Assembly: GCF_006345805.1 (NCBI RefSeq)
Contig: NC_043000.1
Span: 145,142,001-145,206,000, forward strand
Direction of reading: 5' to 3'
DNA: 64,000 nt
DNA from: Octopus sinensis
Taxonomy: Eukaryota
Shown one piece after another: positions 26,057-38,680 of the stretch (position 1 is its first letter; the number at the start of each line of letters is the position of its first letter). Both the position numbers and the translations under genes were made by a program. A model generated the notes under the pieces. It saw nothing but the letters and a program-made list of their open reading frames with translations. It was not told the origin of the DNA and did not search any database.

Positions 26057-29055
26057 GCATATACATATACATGCACACTCACATACGCATACTTAAATAT
26101 ATGTATATATACATATATTAATGCATGCAAATGTGAGTATGTTTATGACTGCGTGTCAGTATAAAGTAATAAACGCTCATTTCCCAGCACATAACATCGA
26201 GAAATCAAATCAAGAATAAATGCAAAATTCAATATTTTTGAAGTTACTTTAAGAAACTAAAGTAATACATTATCTAAATTTTTATTATTCGTTGTTGAGA
26301 GACATAATTTTGAATTTAACATTGCAGACATCTTTTTTGCATTCACTATCATTTTAATATTCTTGCCTATTTCTCTTTGTAATTAGTAACAAAATCATTT
26401 AAAGCAGTGCTGATTTATGAGTATTGTATTTGTTTTCATTTCAAAATTACTAACTTTGCTATCACCATTGCATCAAAATAATAAAATTGTTCTTAACACC
26501 ACCGCCACTATATTCAACATTACTTGCATCTTAGTTCGTACATTAAAGAAATTTAGTTCTTGTATATTGTAATAAAAGCAGACGTTAAAAAACATCAACC
26601 CGATGTCTAAGTTAATTCGAGAAAAGTTTTGTTTTTTTTTCTTATTATTATTTTTATTGAAATTACCTGCAGTTATTCTCTCTTGTCATTTTTGATATTT
26701 CCCAAACATTATTGCCAATATTTCATATTTCTTCTGGAATTATATAACCAACAATTTAAATAATTATGAAAGTAAAGTATCATTTTTATTACACCACAGG
26801 TAATTTTATAAAATTTTAACAAGACCATATACTTACTTATAATGAGAGGTATTGTATAAATTCACCATTTTCTCCATTTATTATGCTTTGGGTAAAAGTA
26901 AGGATAGAAGTGTAAGTTTATCCATGCCAAATATAAACAGGGAAATTCAAGAGATTTGGCTTTAGCAGCCGTCGCCATTAATTGTTAATTTCAAAGAATT
27001 TATTCAAGTGGTAGAAATTCAAACAAGTGGATGGTTACTAGAAGTTGTCTGAAAGGCCAAATTAGATCATGAATTACTTAAATATTTCATAGTAGAGGAA
27101 AATATGAAAAACGACTTTGACTATGTCATGATTTCTTATCAAAATAGAATTCATGTACTGCATTTAAAACGAATTTCCAACAGTTCCTTCACACAGCTAC
27201 ACTACCAATAAATATTATCGATTTGTTGATGAACAAGGACTATGTACGATTAAATATGCGTAAAATGATCTCTGGAAATGTTTAAGAGGACTTTTTTTTA
27301 CTGACACGTGCCAAATCTGTTATAAAGGCTTTTCAAATTTTCCGATTTGATCATCTATTTGAAATATATTTAGCACACGTTGGCCACGCTTTATAACCGA
27401 AGCGCTACGAAAGTGTGCTCTTAATATTATCGCTATAATTTCAGTTTCTTAACGTTAGACTTATTCTTTGTCCACCAGATAAATATCTCTGTTTGTTGTT
27501 AGTACATCTCTTGTACTATGGGGATTAATATGTTCTTGTGCAGTTCTTTGTATAATCAAGATTGTCGCTTATTAATCGTTTGTATCACGTTGTATGTTTC
27601 GTGTGGGGATGCTAAAATCTTAGTGTCTCCATTAGTTGAGAGTCGTTGCAATAAAAGAGGAATTCCTTTGTGTGGAGGTGGTAGCTGTGCAGCTTAGCCT
27701 TATTAAAAGTAGTACATCAAGATTTAGTCACCAAATAGCAATAGATAACGTGATGACATTCAGAAAAATCATATAATTTTATAGATACTCATTCAGCTTA
27801 GACACTGCGGTATACGTTGAGATGTGTGGTGTTATATGTAGTAACACCTGGGTAATGAAAATCATATGTTGCATATCACGAAGTATTAATGCACCGGGAG
27901 TGGTATTAGTCGTGAGCATTGAATTCTGAAATACCATTATAGCTTCAAAACTAATGGCACAAGCAATTGTGAAGGAGAAGGGTAAGAATTAAATATTAAT
28001 TCATCTAAAAGAGACATGACATGAGAGATGATGATGATATTATAAATCCATCTAAAACCAATACAAATTTACTTCATAACGTCTGTAAATGCAAAACGGG
28101 TGGTTTTGTAAATTGTTGCATAACTGAAGTTTACGTTTGACATACAGGTAACAGCACATGCATTATATTTTAAAGTTATCAGTGGGAAAATGTGAAATTC
28201 CAAATCGCCCAATATGAACTATTCGTGTTAATTCTTGATAGTACAAACATTGATTGAATTAGGATGGCAATCTGCACCCGTAAAGCAAACTTTTCCGGAC
28301 AAATAATTAATAACGCATGAAAATGTTGAATCTTCATACACTATTCAAATAGTTTTTCCCTTATTTTGTAGTGATTTTTGTACTTCGATATATAAAAACA
28401 AGTAATCCTTTATAGGTGAGCGAAGAAGAATGGTGTGAACGTGAAATTGAGACAAAATCTGAAACCATTGATAAAAGCTGTGGTATCTTTATTTTTGAAA
28501 TATAGTGCCGTAAAACTGATTCAATAAATGAAACTGGTTTAACAATTTTCGCTTAGATGAAATTAGTAAATGATATGCGTCTAGGCTAGGTTATCATGTC
28601 ATGCATGCATCATATTTTCCGCAATCGCAAAGACAATTCATAAGCAGAAACAGGAAACCAACTGACAGTAAGGACAGATGTCTCTCGATGTATCAGAATC
28701 CCTACTGATTTCAGTTCCATATTGAATTCTTTTCCCTGAACAGAGATTTAATCTGCTGAACTCCTTTTTTATTTACTTATTTAATTATGCTGCATTTTTT
28801 GTGTATTAAATTAAATAAGTATACATTCAATTCAATTACAATAAATTTCCAATTTTACTATATAAACCTAGTGAGCAGATGTGAATGAAGGTCTCAAACC
28901 AAATAGTAGACATGTTTTATTTTTCTATAAAACATAAAATATGTTAGATAACTCAATATAAATTTCATATTTTCCGATAAACATACTATTTCATATATCT
29001 TAAATATATTTATTTCAAATACTATAACAATTACAATTGACGACAACCCCATATT

Positions 29056-29267
29056 CTTTTGTACTCTAGACACAAGGCCCGAAATTCGGTGGGAGGGGAC
29101 TAGTCGATTAGATCAACACCAGTACGCAACTGGTATTTAATTTATCGATCCCGAAAAGATGAATGGCAAAGTCGACCTCGGCGGAATTTGAACTCAGAAC
29201 GAAAAGACAGACACAATACTGCTAAGAATTTCACCCGAAGTACTAACGTTTCTGCTAGCTCGCCGCC
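29056..29267 (-). mobile_element. SINE family A with 19-bp target-site duplication
   Basis: Flanked by TTGACGACAACCCCATATT (29037-29055) and TTGACGACAACCTCATATT (29268-29286). Confidence 0.93.
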
Positions 29268-30723
29268 TTGACGACAACCTCATATTATTGCTAAAAAAAA
29301 TATCCTACATAAGGTATAATCAAACAACCTAGATAACGGCTAGTAATAATTATTAAAAGTGCTTCGTATATTTTTACTATTATTATTCGCTGAAGGTTGC
29401 ATTTTATAGATCGTTATTGTAATGATGTAACAACACAATACAATTTGTATCACGTTCGATACTCCATTTCACATATTGATTTTTACTCTAGGTACATAGT
29501 TACTGAAGGAATTCACTGATATTTAATGAAGCAAACATATTAAAACAAGAAATTTGAAACGGAAAGCCAATTTCACAGGAGCATAACTAAATGCAGTAAG
29601 GTTGCGTCTTCCTGTGCACTGGGAATGATATCACCCAGAATGCAACTGAGTTTATATTTTTTACTTTTTTTCAGTAATTATTCTTTATCAATTTCAAAGA
29701 GATCGAATATTTGTTCACAACCCGACAAAGAAAACTACAATACCAGTTCTGAAGTCTGATTTAACAAAAATCATTCTTACAAACATTATTATTACTGTTA
29801 AGTGCTGTATGTTAAGCGTCCAGATATGCGTTCTAATTTTCAAAAGAAAAACAAAATGTATAAAAAAAACATAACACCAATTGAAAGGAAACACAGAAGG
29901 AAGAAAAATAACGATGAACCACATGTTATTAACCGTAGTCACAAGACACCAAGCACTTGCATTTTTGATAATTGAGAAAAACAGAAATATTTTGAAAAAA
30001 ATTCGCACTACTTCAAATACAGCTGCCTTTGTTACACGCTCGCATTACAAAAGGATAATTAAAATAACTTCAGTCACGTGTTGATGTAAAATTCAATAGC
30101 TGTGCCAAGGAAATGAAAACAAATGCGTTATCAGGATATAAGAAAATAAAGTATATAATGGGATAGAATAATGAAACTTTAGTGCTTAAAAAAATGAGAG
30201 CGACAAGTGGAGAATGTAATATACATAGGCATACACGTTAAGAAACTAAGAGAGATAGAGAGAGAGAAAAAAAAAGACAGATAGACAGACAAAGTATGTG
30301 TGTGTGTGTGTCTTTGCGTGAGAAAAGAAAATGTGATAATACATAATTAAACTCTTATAACTGGAGTTTATTTCTTTTCACTGTGTATGGATATAAATAT
30401 GAATTCTAAAGAAGTGATATTTTATGCTGCACTAAACTAAAGACATGCAAAAGGAATTATTGTTAGCCTGCATGATGCGTTAAAAAGCACAAAACAAAGG
30501 GGGTAAACACAATAATAATCAACCTCATAGAATTGAGCAGATCAACGAACGAAGTGCAATGCTATTTTTTTACTGGCTTTTAGTATTTTGATAATTTATA
30601 AAAACTGAAAGGGATTTATAGTGTATCAATCGAGTTAATCGACTGTATTCTGCTCTGCTCCACCGAATCTGAATCATGGTGCCATTCTATATCATCGATA
30701 TTATTATTCTAATCAAGGCGGCA

Positions 30724-31010
30724 GTGGAGGCACATGGCCTAGTGGTTAGAGCAGCGGACTCGTGCTGGAGGGATCACTTGTTCGAATCTCAGACCGGGTG
30801 ATGTGTGTGTTTATGAGCAAAACTCTTAAGCTCCATGCGGCTCCGGCAGAAGTTATTGGCGAACTTCACTTCTGCTGACTCTATCGCCTCAACTTTCTCT
30901 CACTCTTTCCTCCTGCAGCTCACCTGCGACGGACTGGCGTCGTGTCCAGGTGGGGAACCTATACACCAAGGGGCCCTTATGAGCCAGACTTAACTCGAGA
31001 AGGAACAAAC
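30724..31010 (+). mobile_element. tRNA-derived SINE with V-domain-like core, inserted in the head of a family A SINE
   Basis: A box TGGCCTAGTGGTTAG, B box GTTCGAATC and GACTGGCGTCGTGTCCAGGTG core. 13-bp TSD AATCAAGGCGGCA at 30711-30723 and 31011-31023. Confidence 0.88.
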
Positions 31011-31016
31011 AATCAA

Positions 31017-31205
31017 GGCGGCAAGCTGGCAGAATTGTTAGCATGCCGGGCAGAATACTTATCGTTCAGAGTTCAAATTCGCCGAGGTCGACCTTGCCTT
31101 CTATTCTTTCGGCCTCGATAAAATATGTATCAATTGGGCACTCCAGTTGATTTAGTCGACTTGGCCCCCTCCCCAAAACTGTTGGATTTGTGCCAAAATT
31201 GGAAA
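31017..31205 (+). mobile_element. SINE family A (host of the nested insertion)
   Basis: GGCGGCAAGCTGGCAGAATTGTTAGC..GTCGACTTGGCCCCCTCCCCAAAA. Confidence 0.88.
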
Positions 31206-31814
31206 CAAATCATATTAAAATTATTTGCGTTGGAATAATTTGCATAATATTGCTTTCTTAATATACATACATTTCATGTCGTATACTTTTGTTCGCGTAA
31301 CTCTGCACTCAAGGCTTGTGCATGCGTGTGTTTGTGTGTGTGTGTGCGTATGAGCAATGCGTGCCTGTGTGTAAGTGTGTGTGTAGTTGTAAATATTGAG
31401 CATGTACCATTAAGGCACCATAGCATGTTAGTGAAATTAGATGGACGGAAAGTGTATATGAGGAGGAGGTTTGATGGACTGTACCTTCAAATCGGTAGGT
31501 GCAACCCATTTATACACTGCATTGCACTGATTCCGTCTGAGTATGACGTTACGATAGGAGTGTATGTGGAATTCTCAGCTAGTTACATTTTACAGCAGAA
31601 GCAGGTTATTAGTGTGATCAAACAACTGATTACTTTTCTACATGTATGTGTCTATAATATTGTGTCTGGGGTGAGTTATTCTCTTTTAGTGCTTTATTAA
31701 TTAAGACACACACCGGTTCGATTTCCACTCATTTACATTTTTGTTTTCCTAAAATTTTCGTTAAGTCTTGCAAACTTTTCAATAGTTGCTGACTCTGTCA
31801 GTTATCAGAGCAGC

Positions 31815-32160
31815 GTTATTTGTGTTTGTTTGTTTGTGCGCTTGTGGGTGCGTCAGTGTTCATGTGTAAACACATATGTATAAATGTATGTATTTGTGTA
31901 TGTATGTATGTATATATGGGTTCGAATGCATGTATGTGTGTATGCATATATATATATGCATGTGTATACGTTTGTATGTATATATTCATGTCTTGTGTGT
32001 CCATGTTTGTGTGTTTGTATGTGTGTGTGAAAGTATTTGTGTGTGTACCTTTGTCTCCATGTGTGTGCATGTCTGAGTGTGTCTATGTGTATATGGTCAT
32101 ATGTTTCAGTCTTCATTTGTGTATGTATGTGTGGGTTCTCTTGTCTGTCCGTATTACCTA
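31815..32160. repeat. Degenerate (GT)/(ATGT) simple repeat
   Basis: Low-complexity TG/ATGT tract that explains the overlapping ORFs. Confidence 0.9.
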
Positions 32161-33529
32161 TATACCTATCTATCTATGTATCTATCAGTTTACTTACATA
32201 TCCATTTACCTACACACACACCCACACAAACACACCCACACAAATCAAAATAAGAAAACAAAACAATAAGAATTCATGGAAAAATATTAAGAAATACGTA
32301 CATATACATATAAAGATGAAGAAAGTTAAAAACTGGAAGCCGGGAAAAGATAATGGTAACCTAAAAAGAGAGAGTAATAGGTATGGAAGTAGTGAGGTCA
32401 GTAAAAGGAATTCAAACCGAGGAGGTTTTATTTATAATATGTAGTATTATATGATTATATAGTTTCTATGCGCTATAGGATTTAGTCAAGGGAGATTTAC
32501 TTTCATAAAATCACTACAAATATACATAATATGATTATTAGGGTACAAATTCATAGAAAAGATGAATAGTGTAATCACCAAAATAGGAAGACGTTAGAGT
32601 ACCAAAGTAGGGGTTATCATGTGGTAATAATACATATAGCATCTGAAAGAACAAAGCACATAGCATATAACATATGTAATGTAATACAATCTACCATATA
32701 ACATGATATCCTATAATTTCATATTTTTTACTAGAGGGAATGCTATAACTGATACGACACCAAAATTAATTCCCTTCATCAAAGTTCAAGTATGATAACT
32801 GTAAAGTTGTTGGTTTCGAAAATACTTAATTTTACGGTGATGCTATGCATGCATGATAGCCTTAGCTTTGATCTATCATAAGCAGGTTGTTCTTGTCCCT
32901 GCATATAAAAGTCTCCCAAATTGCCATAGAGCAAATCTCACACCCATATCGACTATCTTTATAAGGCTGCGCACTTGGTATTATATTCTATTTAAGGCTA
33001 AATCCGGTCCGCCTTTTTTTAATTTCCAAGATTTTACTAGATAAATACGGACTATTAGCCTCATGACAAAGTCTGAATGATGAAAGTTTAATTTTAGAAT
33101 CTAATTTAGAATCTATTGTTACTTATCTTATTCTTTCAATAATACGTTTGTTGGAGGCTTTCACAGTAGGTCTGTTTTCCTGACCATGTAGGCTTTTATT
33201 CTCACTCTCATTTAAATTCTCATTATTTATATTATTAGTCGGTGTTTTACCTTCTGGATTAAGAACAATAATATCTCGTTTATATTCTGTCTTTGAGAGA
33301 GAGACGTTATAGTGATGGGAGTGAGTATTAAAAATGTTTTACTTAGTTGATAATTTTGTAATTATTTTAGAAATACTTTTGACTACTGATTTTAATACAT
33401 TACGGGAGGAGGACGATTTGAAGATTTATTCACATACCTCGTAACTTCACTCGGTTTCTGATAGGGTGGTATAAGTCTGAGTTATACTATCCTGTAAGAA
33501 ATAAAGAAATGTATATATATATATATAAT

Positions 33530-33560
<31 letters not shown>

Positions 33561-33583
33561 GCATATATGTATATGTACACATC

Positions 33584-33795
33584 AAGTAAAGGTAAAGTTA
33601 CCTTCGAGAGTCATACCTCACAAGGACTGGCTCTCTGCTTTCATGGCGTGCATATTCGCCACCTGGACGGTGGTCTGTTGCAAGATTGCCAGTTTTCGTC
33701 AGCTGAGTGGACTGCAGCAACGCAAACTAAAGCCTATTGATCAAGAACAATGCGTCGTCTAGTCCGGGAATCGAAACCACAAGCATGAAGCTACA
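33584..33795 (-). mobile_element. tRNA-derived SINE (third or fourth family)
   Basis: Minus strand has B-box GTGGTTTCGATTCCCGG, central GTTGCTGCAGTCCACTCAGCTG and tail GAAGGTAACTTTACCTTTACTT. Confidence 0.7.
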
Positions 33796-33809
33796 CGCCT
33801 GTACTTTAT

Positions 33810-33873
33810 GTTTGTGTGTGTGTGTGTGTGTGTGTGCACGTATGTGCTCTATACGTGTATATCGATATATATA

Positions 33874-33935
<62 letters not shown>
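33810..33935. repeat. (GT)n/(AT)n microsatellite
   Basis: Direct repeats. Confidence 0.97.
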
Positions 33936-35219
33936 ATACTTGATTTTGCATATACGTATACATACACACACAGATGCACACACATATATGTATATAACAG
34001 TGTATTTGGAAATCAAATTTCATAAACAAAATATAAATATGAATTTGCAATTGTATATGTATCTGTAACATATAAATTATATGATTATTTGTTGTACTTT
34101 TATTGGAATGAAAAATATGAATCCTAGTTTAATTAGACGCGGTGACAATAATTATAAAGATATATAACAGGATTAATTAATGAACACATCTGAATATACG
34201 AGGATGTGAATGAGAATAAAAACGGTAATAACTTCTAAATATAGTCGGTTAACAAGAAAAGAATTGGTAAATTGAGAATGGTAGAAAGATAGGATATGAA
34301 ACAACAAATTGAAACTATATTTTTCATTCTATCATTAAGTGCAACTACAAAATTTTACACATAGTTGGAAATGTGATTGAGTGATAAAATATATGTCTAT
34401 ATAGTGGAATATCAAAGGATAAAAATAAATAATAGATGTTAGTATTCACATAAAAGTTGTCTGTTCATATATTGTTTCTCGAATAATTTTTCAGCTTATT
34501 CGAAAACAATATGTGAATACTGAGCATTAAATATCAGTTCGGCTTTTGTCAATGATGCAGCGTGGTGAATATATCTTATAATGCTAAAATGTTATGAAAA
34601 CCAACATTAAATTCATACTCAAATGTATTTGGAGAAAAACCTATGCAGATAAAACTTACTATACGTTTGTAACTAAAGCGTCAAAGCTTCTTCAGATACT
34701 GCTTTTGGATGAGAAATAATAAAATTCTTTCGAAAAGAATATAACTGTCACCTTAGACAGTTATATTTCCAAACGATGACTGGTTGTAGCGATATTTTCA
34801 CGATTACCTACTATTTTGAAGAGTACTGTTGCATTTCGAAAGTCTTCTTTGGGGACAAACGTGAAATATAGGAATCGAAATGCCCTCGATTGCATGAAGC
34901 GAGACGATATTCTTAGTGTATTATGGTACATCCAACATTAGTAACAAAAACAAGGACAGCGGTATGAACTCAACTGAAACTATCACAATGAGCAAAGAAC
35001 AGAAGCAATGGAGTCGTCTCAGACGGGACGCGTAGCATTGGCGTTCTAAAACGCTTAGCTTTCACGTTCTAAAATTACTCTCAACTGCTTTGGAAACGAC
35101 ACGCTCAGATATTTAGTGGTCAATAGCTGTAAATACATAAGGACGCTATAACCGGAATCAAATTGTTCAAATATATACTCAGTTATTATTACTTGCGCAT
35201 CAAGAGTTCAATATGTGAG

Positions 35220-35750
35220 CTCAGTGACACGGTGCTTTGTCGTCGTGATGAATCCAGTTATTCGCATTCCACAGATCTTGTTGCATTCCCACAAACGTTT
35301 CAAAACGAGATAGTAGAATTCTAGATTGACGGTCGGGCCTTGGGGGAACGAATTCTCAATGCACAATACCCCGTATCCGGGATGTCGCTAGTGGAAGGTC
35401 TTCTAGATCACTCATCGTCTTCCAGACGTGGTCTTCGGTTTTCAAAGCGGAACTTCCTCTCGAAACATTGCGTACGACCCACTGTCACGTTGCCGTAAGC
35501 TTACTGAAGCATAATCAATATTTCTACAGGGGACCTCCTAACTGCAGCGCAAAATTTGACGTCGGATCGTTTGTCCTGTCCATGACAAAATCGCAGACTA
35601 CACCATATACAAAACACAAATCAAAAAACACACACCATAAAAACACAAATCTCAAAATTTGCAAAGTAAAAACATCAATGTCGCTGGGCACACAGTCTGA
35701 GGAACGTTACTGGTAGATCTCGCTGTTCACGCAATCATGTGCTGCCATCT
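35220..35750 (-). pseudogene. Mariner-type transposase relic with internal deletion
   Basis: Minus-strand translation fragments SPVEILIMLQ*AYG, RFENRRPRLEDDE*SRRPSTS, GIVH*EFVP and WIHHDDKAPCH match the mariner HTH region, EDDERSGRPST and HHDNAP.H motifs. Confidence 0.82.
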
Positions 35751-36068
35751 GTTAACGCGCTACACAACTAGTCGACCATTCATAGATACATCTACGTGCG
35801 TGTGTCTGTGAGTGTGCGCGGTGTTATCGAAAGCGTATATTGTTGTTAAATGCTCGAAATACGAGACTAAAAGAAACAGCCAACAACTGATGAAGGGTCG
35901 TCCTTTATGTTGTCTGTTTTGTTTTCCATTTGTGTCTTTCGTTGATCGAAAGAATAGCTCATGCTCCATGTTCACGTGGTTTACATTTTTTGTTGTACAG
36001 GTTTCGTGATGTCCTGTGCCCACATGCATATATACATATAGATGTATGTACATATACGTTTGTATATT

Positions 36069-36069
<1 letters not shown>

Positions 36070-36148
<79 letters not shown>

Positions 36149-36195
36149 GATACATACATACACACATACATATATACACACATACATACATATAT
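36070..36195. repeat. (AT)n/(ATAC)n microsatellite
   Basis: Direct repeat. Confidence 0.97.
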
Positions 36196-36200
36196 TTAGG

Positions 36201-36405
36201 TAGTGGAACCTCGGAAGTAGTAATTTATCCAAATGAGGGTAGACCACAAGCTGCTCTTCAGACCAGGGACACCATGAATATATGAAGTTTACCCAGAATC
36301 TCCTAACGACAATGTAATCTTCATATAGCCAAGATATCCTTGACCTGAAGAGTGGCTTGAGGTAGGCTATTCGTTTGCATGCTTTCTACTTCCGAGGTTC
36401 CACTA
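36201..36405. mobile_element. MITE with perfect 20-bp terminal inverted repeats (Tc1/mariner superfamily, pogo/Tigger-like ends)
   Basis: TAGTGGAACCTCGGAAGTAG (36201-36220) is the exact reverse complement of CTACTTCCGAGGTTCCACTA (36386-36405), with TA at both ends. Inner imperfect IR AGCTGCTCTTCAGACCAGGGA / TCCTTGACCTGAAGAGTGGCT. Confidence 0.85.
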
Positions 36406-37989
36406 GCTATGAAACATATGTAGCCTGGATTTCATCTAATCGAATCGGTAAATCTTGGATGACTATTTGCATGTACAACAAGCCCTTGTTCTAACCGTGA
36501 AGTATATATTGTACAGATTGTTTGAAGCTTTCTACCTTCCTAAACCTTGAGCCATGGATCTTACCATTACATACATGTGTGTGTGTGCGAGAGAGTGTTT
36601 GTCTTCGTGTATGCGTGTGTGTGTAAATGTATATATAAATAAACAAATTAAATGACAATATGTGATTCATCCTTCAAATATATATTTGGAAATAGACTAA
36701 ACTAAAAGCGGTATGCACTTATCCTAATATTTCGTAAAAGCTGTGTGGTCTTCCTAACGTAAATGATAGTTTATGTCTACAAGCTAAGCATTTTACTGTA
36801 ATTGAACATAAATATATTAAAATTCCAGTGACCAGATCTCTTAAGTGAGATTAAATGTAACACATAATTATTCTTTTTCTTTTTTTCTTTTTCAGACATA
36901 GATATGAGTCTGGCGCTCGATTTAGTTATACATTTATCAACCACACAAAGTATTATAAGACTTGGGTCGTTTTTCGCACTAGTCGATTTAATTGAAATAT
37001 TACTCTTTACTTAACACTAAATACTTCTTTGGATTGATTCAAATGAAATATTTGTTAAATATTTGCTTATGATAAATTGTTTCCTGCAACATTTATATTA
37101 GATAGGTCTAAAATAGTTCGGCAAATAAAAATATTTTCTATAATTCATCGAGCAGCTTGAGCACAATATTTAAATAGAAAAATAACAAAATTATGTAAAC
37201 TGTTTCAAGAATTAACAAGTTGGACATGGGTTTTCTTTAATTGACGATATAACTTCAAAGCAAGTTGTATAAAAATCGCGATACACGATATAGTTAAAAA
37301 ACAAAATAATAGCAAATGAATGCAAACAAGTTTATTTTCTCTAGTTTTTATACTTTTAGTCGTTGACAGTTGAATTGTTATTCTGAAAAATTGAATATTT
37401 TAAAATCATATGATTTTAGGGAGTATTATTTATTAGATCAATATTTCACTTTCTTTAAATATCGGCTTTGTTTATTTTAATAAAATATGAAATATCCATA
37501 TAGTAGTTCACAGTATATACATTCGTATACATTTATCAAACACATCTAATGCACACCCTCACTCCACGTTCATATCTAAATTCCCACACAAATACAAATT
37601 TCTGTGAATTATTTTTGTCTTATATTTCGATTTACAATACCGTTATTTGAAGAAAGAAAATAAATGTTAAATGGTGGAATGCTTCTTGCAAGACCCAAAC
37701 TTGTCAATGGAATCCACGAATTATGATGTGATTGTATATTGCCCCCTTTTCAATAAGTTTAACGTTGAGAAAGAAGTTGCAGTGATAACACCAATAGTAG
37801 CAGCTGTCATAGACTTGTTTTCAAGGACCTACTGTTTCCAATGCCTCTACTGATGTTAGACTCTCTAATATTTACGTTTTCGCTCTTCCCCTATATAAAG
37901 CAATGCTTCAGAACACCTCTTACTTTTACATTTGTAGTAACTGGATTTTCGTCGTCTATCTGTAAATGCATTTTCTCATCGTCTTTTAC

Positions 37990-38680
37990 TGAATAAAATC
38001 AACAGGGAGAGAATGAGGAGGGGGTGCTTCTCACTCCTCTCTCTCTCTCTCTCTCTTCCTTTCTTTCTCCCGTTCACAGAATCCGGCTCTTGGAACTTCA
38101 GCAAGAATTGAAAGCAGGTTTCATCACATATTCCTTTTCACATGCTAGCCTGCACAGCAGGTATTTTTGTAAGCACAAACGATGAGAACAAAGCAAGTGT
38201 CCTTTACGTACAAATGTCTCCATTTGGGAAACTAGCATGCGTACGTCTTTCTGTTTGTGGTGTATTCAACATTTTGCGGGCGCCCGGCCTACATAATTTG
38301 AATCAGATTTAAACGACTTAGTAACTAGATTCTAGTCATGCATCCACAAGCTTATTTCCTTCTCGATTTTTTTCCCGAATAAGCACAAATGAGAATGAGG
38401 AAAGGAAGATCTCACTCCTCTCTTACAGTGAGACAGAGTGAGTCTCTCACATTTCTGTATGCCTGTCTGTCTCTACCTCTCTCTCCTGCTTTTTCTCTCG
38501 CTCTCTCTGATTCTTCCCCTCCCTCTCTCCTGGAGACAGAGTCCCACTCGTTACAATTCAACATGAATTGAAAGCAGGTTTCATCACACATTTGTTTGCG
38601 TATAACAGGCTTCACACCACCTAATTTTGTATTCTCACACAATGAGAACAAACCAAGTGTCTTGCGAGTGCATTTCCATG
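37990..38680 (+). repeat. Ancient tandem duplication, period 460 bp in the colinear core
   Basis: GAATTGAAAGCAGGTTTCATCACA identical at 38105 and 38565. ATGAGAACAAA(G/C)CAAGTGTC at 38182 and 38642. Shared upstream GAGAATGAGGA..TCTCACTCCTCTCT. Confidence 0.9.

Noticed and set aside
26924-27211. 96-codon frame with two internal stops and faint discoidin-like wording (EIQTSGW)
   Set aside because: Similarity is too weak to call, and there are no supporting splice signals or downstream motifs.
29715-30084. Hydrophobic minus-strand ORF and K-rich plus-strand frames
   Set aside because: Composition follows from A-rich strand bias, with no recognisable domain.
30728-30800. tRNA-like A and B boxes
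   Set aside because: SINE head with no closable cloverleaf, and continuous with a SINE body and TSD.
33455-33495. CTGATAG followed by a GGTGGTATAA / TTATACTATCC hairpin
   Set aside because: No GAAA core follows, so it is not a hammerhead. Probably part of a repeat.
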